Positions 10,931 through 19,900 of a stretch of 64,000 bases of DNA are shown piece by piece. The notes under the pieces were generated by a model. It did not search any database. It was given only the letters and a program-made list of their open reading frames with translations, and was not told the origin of the DNA. The stretch lies in assembly GCA_020137815.1 (NCBI GenBank), contig CM035351.1, forward strand, positions 4,030,001-4,094,000, given 5' to 3'. The first letter of the stretch is position 1, and each line of letters opens with the position of its first letter. The translations under genes were made by a program, and so were the position numbers. This stretch comes from Hormiphora californensis. Its lineage: Eukaryota > Animalia > Ctenophora.

Positions 10931-11344
10931 ATGTCTCGAGAAGTCCTGCTCACTCGTATTGAATCCTTTTCCGCAGCCCACCGCCTCTACAACTCCTCCT
11001 TAACAGACGCAGACAACACCTCATTATTCGGGAAGTGTGCCTGGGCAAATGGTCACGGACACAACTACAAAGTGGAGGTGAGGGTGAAGGGGAGGGTAGA
11101 CTCTACATCAGGGATGGTAATGAACTTGTCCGATCTGAAACCTCTGATACAGGGTGTCCTGGATCAGGTTGATCACAAGTGTCTGGATAAGGATGTCCCG
11201 TATTTTGCCGATAAACCCTCCACTGCCGAGAATATAGCCATCTTCTTCTGGGATGAGTTGGTGGGCCAGCTGCCGGATGGGGTGAAGTTGAATAAGGTGA
11301 AGGTGTGGGAAACGGAGAAGAATGTAGCTGCATACAAAGGGTGA
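10931..11344 (+). CDS. PTS: 6-pyruvoyl tetrahydropterin synthase, intronless
   Basis: FSAAHRL, FGKC..NGHGHNYKVEV, GMVMNLSDLK, DHKCLDKDVPYF, STAENIA, VWETEKN. Confidence 0.95.
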   Translation: MSREVLLTRIESFSAAHRLYNSSLTDADNTSLFGKCAWANGHGHNYKVEVRVKGRVDSTSGMVMNLSDLKPLIQGVLDQVDHKCLDKDVPYFADKPSTAENIAIFFWDELVGQLPDGVKLNKVKVWETEKNVAAYKG

Positions 11345-11422
11345 CGTCACAAGAAAGGGTGACGTCAGACAGATTAATTTTATATAGTTATGGGGGGGGT
11401 GTGAATTTAGAGTGCTTTGTTC

Positions 11423-11463
11423 TTTCAAACTTTTCAACACTACTTTAAACAAATTAATTTGAG
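11423..11463 (+). other. Spliced-leader-like exon at the 5' end of LINE A
   Basis: TTTCAAACTTTTCAACACTACTTTAAACAAATTAATTTGAG; identical over 40 nt to 44915-44954 (-); matches the ctenophore SL as I recall it (ends AAATTAATTTGAG). Confidence 0.8.
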
Positions 11464-11648
11464 GTTCCGTTTAACTGCCCCTCGCTAATCTTCTAAGCAT
11501 CTGCTTAATCCCCTCCAAAGACAAGACAAGAATATTCTGGTTTCTGTCTCTCTCTATATTAAGCGGACCTTGGAAGACCTCGTTGGGCTAAAGCCAAGTC
11601 GCCAAACCTTGGTGGAGCGGCTCCTCGCCCCTCTATTTACAGGACAGG

Positions 11649-12926
11649 ATGTCGGGAGTGGCAACCCATTATGGCCGATCAAACGATTACAAAGAGGAAT
11701 TTGCACGTAAGTTGTCTGATACAACCTTTGAAAAGTGCACTGGAATGACTGTTATGAAACACATGAAGGAAGGAAAAGCCGAAGCCCCGAGTCAAATTAA
11801 CAAGGATGTTATGTGGAAAGTTTTACTGATGTGTTATGAGTTTCTCCCCGCGGAATCCAGATGTAGCACCTCATCATCTGAGTCTGAACTGTCGACGGTA
11901 TCTATGACGTCTGATGACCTGAAAGATAGCTTCATGAAGCTGAGACAGGACCTCCTCGACACACTACCTGGATTAGTAAATGAGATTCTTGCGCCCACTG
12001 TTGCCAAGAAGAGACCGGAGCACCTGGAAATACAGAAATCACCACCCTCGACACCTGTCAAACGGTATGTCAATATCAAGGATAAAGGAGACAGTGAGAC
12101 TCCGATATGTGAGAAGAAATGGGCTAACTTGCTGAAGCCACAGGTTGAAACGGCATTGAGGAACATCCCTGTTCTTGATACCTCTGTTAACAAAAAGCAC
12201 ACGCAGCTGTACTTTGCCACTGATGATGACATGAAAGAAGCGGAGAAAGCTTTATCTCCATTCTTGGATGTTACATCAGTCGTCGAAAAAGAGAAGAAGA
12301 AGGATCCTCGTCTGATGATCAATGACCTTGATACAGACCTACTGAACAAGGAAGCACTGATGGGGGCACTTCTGAGTGAGAAGAATGAGACTGTGAAACA
12401 ACTTCATGAATCTGGCCATACCATCAAGATTGTTCATGTAAACCAGGCTGGGAAATATGCAGTCATCCAAGTACCTCCTGAAGTTCGCAAGGCAATCTCC
12501 AACAACAATGACAGGATTTTCCTCAAGCTCAAGCAACATGCTGTAAGAAACAGGTTCTATGTGACACAGTGTTTTCACTGCCAGAGGTACGGTCATGTAG
12601 CTGGATCAGTGTATTGTCCCAATAGGGACAAGAGCCCAGTCTGTGCATTTTGCTCGGGTGACCATGATACCCGTCAGTGCCAAGCCAGGAAGAGCAACGA
12701 TGGAGGAAAAATGAAGTGTGTCAACTGTGATGTAGGTGGAAGTAGAGAGGATAAGAAGTTCGCCAAATCTCACCCAGCGTCCAGCAATCTGTGTCCATTC
12801 TATGTCAATGCCAGAGGAAGGTTGATGGAGACGACTACTGGAGTAACCAAGGAGCAAAAAAACCTGTACATGACGAGGGCATGGGAGGATCTGAAAATGA
12901 AAAGGTATGGCGGATTGGTACGCTAA
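11649..12926 (+). CDS. LINE A ORF1, gag-like with 3 CCHC knuckles
   Basis: CFHCQRYGH..C, CAFCSGDH..C, CVNC..H..C. Confidence 0.9.
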   Translation: MSGVATHYGRSNDYKEEFARKLSDTTFEKCTGMTVMKHMKEGKAEAPSQINKDVMWKVLLMCYEFLPAESRCSTSSSESELSTVSMTSDDLKDSFMKLRQDLLDTLPGLVNEILAPTVAKKRPEHLEIQKSPPSTPVKRYVNIKDKGDSETPICEKKWANLLKPQVETALRNIPVLDTSVNKKHTQLYFATDDDMKEAEKALSPFLDVTSVVEKEKKKDPRLMINDLDTDLLNKEALMGALLSEKNETVKQLHESGHTIKIVHVNQAGKYAVIQVPPEVRKAISNNNDRIFLKLKQHAVRNRFYVTQCFHCQRYGHVAGSVYCPNRDKSPVCAFCSGDHDTRQCQARKSNDGGKMKCVNCDVGGSREDKKFAKSHPASSNLCPFYVNARGRLMETTTGVTKEQKNLYMTRAWEDLKMKRYGGLVR

Positions 12927-15847
12927 ATGTCCATTCGCTAATGAACAAGACAGCTGGAGTTTTGGATCACCTGGAGGATAATCAGTGTGACATCTGTCTG
13001 GTTCAAGAAACCTATCTCAAGAACTCAGACACAGCAAAAGTTCAGGAAATAAGAGAGTATGGATGGGACATTTATTCTTCTCCCAGAGCGGAAAGATCAG
13101 GAGGAGGAATTGGGGTTTTGTACAGAAATGGGGTCAGAGTGAGATTATCTCCGACAAGGAAAACATTCAAGTCTTTCCAAGTACAGGAAGTACTTATTGG
13201 AACGGGTGAAGGTATGGTTCGATTGTGTAATATCTATCGTCCTCCTTACACTGGAAAGGCACGGTTTACTGCTGCTTCGTTTCTTGAGGAATTTGTGGAC
13301 TACTTAGCTGATGTTAACCTGCGGACTGGGTCCCCCATCTTGATGGGTGATTTCAATTTCCAAGTACAAGACCTCTCTGACTTTTATGCAGAGAAGTTCC
13401 TAAAGCTCCTTGATTCTTTTGGGCTGGAGCAACTCACTCCATGTCAGCCGACCCACACCAGAGGTGGAACGCTTGATCTGGTGATCTGTCAGAGTGATAT
13501 CAAAACGAAGTTTCGATCTGTGGAAATACTGAAGGATGGTACTGAATCAGACCATTATATGGTTCTGAGTGAACTGGTCACTAAAACTGAGGATGTGGAT
13601 TTTCGAAGCAAGCAACAAATTGACATGTACAGAGACTTTAAATCTGTGGATCCTGAACTGTTCAGGAAAGCATTGCGGAACCTTGGACTGGAGGATCTTC
13701 TTGTAGCTGAATCACCCGAGGAAAACTTCCAGATCTATGAGAGGACTCTTGGCAACCTTGTGGAGAAATCTGTTGAACTCAAGAAAAGACGAAGAGGGAA
13801 GAAGTTAAGGCCGTGGAGAGAAGATGAAAGTGTCAAAGACGTGCTGAAACTACGCAGACGTGCTGAGAGGGCTTGGCGGAAGAACAAGACTCCGATACGG
13901 AAAGCCCAGTTGAATGACTTGAAGAGACAGTTTGGAAAAGTGGACAAGGACGCGAGGATTGGTTTCAACAAGAAAAATCTAGAGGAGTCAAAAGGTGATC
14001 CTAAAGGTTTGCAACGGAAGGTTAACCGCCTCCTGGGCAAAGCTGAGAGTATCCTACCGGAATCTGGTAATGATGGAAAGCTAGCAGAGGACTTCGCGGA
14101 ATTTTTCAGTAGTAAAGTGGATAAGATCCGTACATCAGTGTTTGAGGAACAAAGTGATCTGGAGGATGGAGAGGCTGTGAGGAATGATCCGGAATGCAAG
14201 CTTGCTCAGTTTGAGGAGGTGTCGGTGGAATATATCAAGGGCCTCATCAAGGATATGCCGGACAAGACATGTGATCTGGATATCATCCCCACTTGGTTGG
14301 TGAAGGGATGTATTCATGAATTCGCCCCGTGGATTACTACGCTGGTTAATGGATCTATTAGGAGTTCGACTGTTCCAGAGGCGTTCCAGCAAGCCCTAGT
14401 GTTTCCTACGATAAAGAATACTCAAGGTGACCGTGACAGTCTGCAGAACTACCGACCAGTGTCAAACCTGCTGTTTATCTCGAAGGTTCTCGAGAAGGTA
14501 GTATTGGATCAATTGACCTGCTACCTGGAGGATAACAGCCTACTGAACAAGAACCAATCAGGATATAGGGTTGGCCATAGTTGTGAAACCTTGTTAACCG
14601 GTATGTTTGAGGATCTACTTGAGGAAATGGATAGAGGAAATGTCATGGCACTTCTTTTACTGGACATGAGTGCTGCATTCGACACCGTTGACCACACCAA
14701 GCTGGTCCAAGTGTTGAATAGTCGGTTTGGAATCTGTGGAGCAGCGCTCAATTGGTTTGAGAGCTACCTTGGAAGCAGAAGCTACAGAGTTAACGTTCGA
14801 GGAAAACTCTCTGGAATTGTCAAGCTAGTATGTGGTGTCCCACAGGGTTCTCTGTTGGGACCTGTCTTGTTCCTGCTGTATGTGGAGGAACTCCAAGACC
14901 TTGTTGAACAGTATGGGCTGAGGATAAAACTATATGCTGATGACTCACAGTTATATATGAGTCTGGTTCCTCATGATGATGAAGGATGGCTAGCAGTGAA
15001 AGGTAATGCTGAGGATTGTTTGAAGGAGGTGAAGGATTGGATGGTGAAGCACTGGCTGAGGTGTAATGAGGCCAAAACGGAGCTATTGTTACTTGGAAAG
15101 AGTGGAGCTCTAGAGAAGCTAGCCTATGAACCCTCAATTGTTTTTAGAGGCACGGAAATCTTTCCAGTAGATTTTAAAGGAACTACAGGTAAAACCCTTG
15201 GCGTCTACCTTGACAGCCAACTCACTATGGAACGACAGGTTAACAGTGTCAAGAGACAGTGTGGTATGATCCTGAGGAACCTTTGGCAGATCAATCGATG
15301 TTTGGACCAGTCTATGAAGATCCTCCTTGTCAAACAGTTAGTTATTTCGAGGTTGGACTACTGTAACATACTGTATTGTGGACTCCCGAAGAAACACATC
15401 AACAGCCTACAGAAAACACTCAACTCTTGTGTTCGGTTCGTCTATGGTCTACACGGACATCAAGATGATTATGCTCCCTACCTGAAGGAAATGCATGTCC
15501 TTCCTATTGAACAGAGGATTGTGTTCAAGGCATGTCTTACAGCTTATAAGGTCGTTCATCGAACTGCTCCAGATTATCTAACCGACAAAGTGCCAGCGTG
15601 TGAGGATGTGGATAACTTGCGTTTTACCAGAGCCAATGCTGTTCCGGATGAGTTCAGGCTCCAGTACCCGAAACTCTCAAGTGTCAACGCTAATTCTAAA
15701 TTGAGGAGAAGGCGACCTTCTGTATTTCTACCCAGTCTGTGGAACGAACTTCCTTTGGACATCAGATCTCTTCTGTCTGTTGATTCCTTCAAGACAAGAC
15801 TTAAGACCCGACTCTTCACTGAGGCTTATGGCGTAAGTACTTCCTGA
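12857..15847 (+). CDS. LINE A ORF2 endonuclease/reverse transcriptase (entry via slippery site at 12857 or ATG 12881)
   Basis: LNVHS, VQET, IYRPP, MGDFN, SDH (APE); YRPVSNL, DMSAAFDTVDH, LYADD (RT); uninterrupted. Confidence 0.93.
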   Translation, partial: KKPVHDEGMGGSENEKVWRIGTLNVHSLMNKTAGVLDHLEDNQCDICLVQETYLKNSDTAKVQEIREYGWDIYSSPRAERSGGGIGVLYRNGVRVRLSPTRKTFKSFQVQEVLIGTGEGMVRLCNIYRPPYTGKARFTAASFLEEFVDYLADVNLRTGSPILMGDFNFQVQDLSDFYAEKFLKLLDSFGLEQLTPCQPTHTRGGTLDLVICQSDIKTKFRSVEILKDGTESDHYMVLSELVTKTEDVDFRSKQQIDMYRDFKSVDPELFRKALRNLGLEDLLVAESPEENFQIYERTLGNLVEKSVELKKRRRGKKLRPWREDESVKDVLKLRRRAERAWRKNKTPIRKAQLNDLKRQFGKVDKDARIGFNKKNLEESKGDPKGLQRKVNRLLGKAESILPESGNDGKLAEDFAEFFSSKVDKIRTSVFEEQSDLEDGEAVRNDPECKLAQFEEVSVEYIKGLIKDMPDKTCDLDIIPTWLVKGCIHEFAPWITTLVNGSIRSSTVPEAFQQALVFPTIKNTQGDRDSLQNYRPVSNLLFISKVLEKVVLDQLTCYLEDNSLLNKNQSGYRVGHSCETLLTGMFEDLLEEMDRGNVMALLLLDMSAAFDTVDHTKLVQVLNSRFGICGAALNWFESYLGSRSYRVNVRGKLSGIVKLVCGVPQGSLLGPVLFLLYVEELQDLVEQYGLRIKLYADDSQLYMSLVPHDDEGWLAVKGNAEDCLKEVKDWMVKHWLRCNEAKTELLLLGKSGALEKLAYEPSIVFRGTEIFPVDFKGTTGKTLGVYLDSQLTMERQVNSVKRQCGMILRNLWQINRCLDQSMKILLVKQLVISRLDYCNILYCGLPKKHINSLQKTLNSCVRFVYGLHGHQDDYAPYLKEMHVLPIEQRIVFKACLTAYKVVHRTAPDYLTDKVPACEDVDNLRFTRANAVPDEFRLQYPKLSSVNANSKLRRRRPSVFLPSLWNELPLDIRSLLSVDSFKTRLKTRLFTEAYGVSTS

Positions 15848-16902
15848 AGGCTTGTATCAGTTTTTTATCTCCAGTGTGTTTGGAACAGTTGTATCGGTTT
15901 TTATTTTAAGCATTTTTTGAGGGTTTGAAGCATGAGTGGACAGAGTGTGAAGCAGTGTGAATTTTGTTTACCAAGGATTCTTTTTGGACAGTTTATCATT
16001 ATATGTCAGTTATTTTCTTCAGTTTTTTTTCCCACGATATGTGAGCCGTTGTAAGTCAGTTATATTCCATTATGGTCTTGATAGAGTAAATTTTTTCCCT
16101 AGCTTTGTATCCCGCTCTGATTGTCTTTCAGTGGCAGCAGTTATCTCTTGATCTGTTGCCCCTGGAGGATATGGGCGGAATATAAGCACGTCTATTATTA
16201 TTATTATTATTAGATTAGGGGGACTATTTAGTGGATGTGACATATGAGGGCTTTGTGTTTAGGTGAGTGGGTGGCCGGTGGGGGGGGGTCGGTACAATAG
16301 CTATAGCAGGTAACTTGATACAATTGTTTGTTTTATTGTTTTCACTACGCAGCCTGTGCTGGAGGTTTTAATTTTGTGTGTACAATTTACCCATTACATG
16401 TATATTGTTTGTATAATAAATTGATTTTATGTTTTCAAATTCTGTACATTTCTCTCCTCTCCCCCTCTCTCCACCGCTATCTCTCTAATCTCTATCCCTG
16501 CATAGTTTGCCGTACATGTAGTTCCCTTGCACACACATTGACCCGGGATCTGGTGAGGCCGTGACGTCTCACGAGCCCACTCGATCACTCTGTCTCTCTT
16601 TTTAGTTCCATTGCATTTGATCCTCTCCATTTTGTGTGTGTATTAGCTATTTCGCGATTTCTCACCAATGTGTCATCAGATTGCATATAGAGCATGTTAT
16701 TCATTTGTTGTACAAGTTGTGTATGCACTATGCATATGATATAGCAAGTTGTTCTTTTCTTTACCTCCCTCCTCTTTATCCACCCTCTTTTCGTGCATAT
16801 ACCTACATCTACTTCTTCCCCGTATATATGTTAGTGCCCTTTCTTCTCCCTAACCTAACTACTAATCACTGTATAGTAACCCATATTTTCCTAACATTAG
16901 AA

Positions 16903-19900
16903 ATGGCTATCCGGGGGCCTGCGGGTATCACCATTTCCAACACAGGCATCTTCATCCTGTGCTTGTGTGGCCTCTTCCTTTTCGTGTACACTTTCAGGTA
17001 TGATAATTGTGTGTTAATTAGGGTTAATTAATCAGTCATTAATTATTGATTATCAGTGATTATGCTAATTGTTTGATTATGCAACTTCTATGCTTTCTCC
17101 AACGACCAACAACCCCCTCTCTATAGGGGTTCCTTGACATCAGAAACAGGTCCTATCTACGGCTCCAAGTATGACCGATCATTACCGAATATCAGAGGTC
17201 CTATCAGCCGCCATCTACCTGTCGGAGAAGGCCGGGCACAAAGTAAAGGCCATCAGAGAACAGGGTAGGTGATGTTCTAACATCTTTTAACATGTTCTAA
17301 CATGTTCTTACTTGTGTTAAATAACATGTTCTAAAATGTTCTAACACGATTCGGTTTAATGAACCACCCCTCCGAGCACTACCTAATATTTGGAGAGAAA
17401 TAACACCCCCCCCCCCGCCATTAGACGATCTAGACGAGCAGAGCAAGGGTGAAACTAAAGAGGGAGTGAATGATCCCATAACAAACGGGGATCTTGAGTC
17501 TCACCGGATCCTGGTAAAGGGCTTCAAGAAGGGGTTCCCTGCCCTACACATTGTTAGTGAGGAGCACGAGGAGGAGAGCACCGAGGGTATCATACCTCCC
17601 TCCATGAAACATCCTGAAGTACTGAGTCTGGGAGGGGACGATCCTAAGGTAAACATGATTTGAATATCTGCCCACTTTATTTTTACTCTTCCTCCAATTC
17701 TGGGGGATAAGTACCATCAACTTCCCCGGCTAGTTCTACCCTTTCCCTCTCCGCGTGGTAGATGAGCTACCCCGCTTGGAACAGCCCCTTCCTTCCCCGC
17801 TAATTCTACCCCCCTCCCTCCCCGGCAATTCTAACTTCACCCCCCCCCCATTTCCAGTTCCCTGCAGAGGATATCACCGTCTGGATAGATCCTCTGGATG
17901 CGACTAAAGAGTATACAGAGAAGCTAACCGAGTATGTGACGGTGATGGCGTGTATAGCTGTCAATGGTATTCCTGTAGCTGGTGTGATCAGGAAACCATT
18001 CGATGACAAAACATACTGGGGCTGGGTAAGTGATATAGAACATAGGATACTATAGTTAGACATTTCCGAATAGTTTTAGAGTTTTAGCACTCTTAGAAAC
18101 AATAATCAATCGCAAAGTCTCAACTTTTTTCGTATTTTCACCATCATTATCTTTATTTTCATGCTCCTCATTACAACCAACCTGTTTTCTTGACTCTCCT
18201 GTAAACCTCCATCAGCTCCTCTACAGTCTCCACCATCCTGGTCTGACCCCTCTCCAGTATGGGTAGACCCCTTCCAATCTGGCCCTTCTCTGCCAGATGC
18301 TCCACCACTTTACCCCACTCCTTGTTGTGCTCCCCCTCCTGGAATGTCGCCCTACTACCCACAATCACAAGGGTCTGCCTGGCACGTGACAATGCAACAC
18401 ACCTCCTCCCCGGGGCCTTCATGAACCCAATATTGTGCCTCTCGTTATCCCGGACTAATGACAAGATGATGACGTCACTCTCGTTACCCTGGTAACTGTC
18501 CACTGTCCTCACCCTTACACCATCCAGTCCACCCGGGATATCTCTAATAGCAGTCACCTGACCTTGATAACCAGTTAGAATTGTGATGTTATCTTTCGAT
18601 ATCTGGAGACGGAGGAGTCGCGTTATGGCTGCTACCATCTCCGCTTCCCTCTGGTTGAGGGGAGACATTGCGGCTGTTTCCCCGTACTGACCTTCCTCCC
18701 CTCTACCGCTATCCCACCAGAAGACCCTGTGTTTTAGGGGTTTGAAAGGATGGGAGCAGTTTGATAGGATGGGGGCTGTACGGAGTCCTGGGTATACATC
18801 AAGTACCAGCTCAGCAATCTCTGCGTGCATTCGGAACTGCTCAAGGAGCTTCTTGTAAGGGTATCCCTCCTCGATTAGTCGGAGCATGAGGCTCTTACAG
18901 TTCTTGTCGTAGTCGCCTTGGAACGGGGGCAACTGGAGATGGTCACCTGCATGGAGAGAGAGATATAGTTGGAATCCCGTGAGAGGGTGTGAGTTGTGGG
19001 GGTAGGGTGTCGGGAGGGTTTTTTTTAGTTTTTAAACCCAGAAACGGAAAGTTATACCGATAAGAATTAGGTGGAGAGTTGAGCGAGGTAGGGCCACTAG
19101 TAGATCACGTTCAGCAACTTGACTCGCTTCCTCGCACACAACCGCAACTACACCACACTGCAAAGATTGGGTGTTGTATGATGATAATATTTATGAAGGA
19201 GCAGTTCTAACGTCAGTTAGGGTGTGTTTATGAAGGAGCTCTTACCTCAGTTAGGGCGTGTTTATGAAGGAGCTCTTACCTCAGTTAGGGCGTGTTTATG
19301 AAGGAGCTCTTACCTCAGTTAGGGCGTGTTTATGAAGGAGCTCTTACCTCAGTTAGGGCGTGTTTATGAAGGAGCTCTTACCTCAGTTAGGGCGTGTTTA
19401 TGAAGGAGCTCTTACCTCAGTTAGGGCATGTTTATGAAGGAGCTCTTACCTCAGTTAGGGCGTGTTTATGAAGGAGCTCTTACCTCAGTTAGGGCGTGTT
19501 TATGAAGGATCTCTTACCTCAGTTAGGGCGTGTTTATGAAGGAGCTCTTACCTCAGTTAGGGCGTGTTTATGAAGGAGCTCTTACCTCAGTTAGGGCGTG
19601 TTTATGAAGGAGCTCTTACCTCAGTTAGGGCGTGTTTATGAAGGATCGCTCCATGGACTGTAGCTGCCACAACGCTAAACCCCCTCAACTTTTCAGCTAA
19701 TCTCTTATTCATCCTCACCTCTGCCTCCTCCCCTGCTATATGGTACTTTACATAGTAACTCTCTAGATTGGTTACAGCCTCCCTAATCTTCATAATGATA
19801 GTGGAAAATATCAGCATTAGTCTATCCTCCGGAGCGAGACCCCACAGATTGGTAATCTTATGGGGGTCTTGGCGTGGTTGCCATGTATCAGGGAAATCGT

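Larger units (their letters stand above)
11423..16212 (+). mobile_element. Full-length intact L2/CR1-group LINE (element A), starting with an SL-like sequence
   Basis: ORF1 with CCHC knuckles; ORF2 APE+RT (GVPQGSLLGP, LYADD, FKTRLKTRLF); (ATT)n tail 16193-16212. Confidence 0.95.

Noticed and set aside
11423-11560. A genuine SL RNA gene (SL exon followed by GT)
   Set aside because: The downstream sequence is LINE UTR continuous with ORF1, I see no Sm site or terminator, and the upstream flanks of the two copies are unrelated. Not fully excluded without the species' SL RNA gene sequence.
19190-19645. 34-bp repeat array as CRISPR
   Set aside because: Units are head-to-tail with no unique spacers, there are no cas genes, and the locus is a eukaryotic intron.
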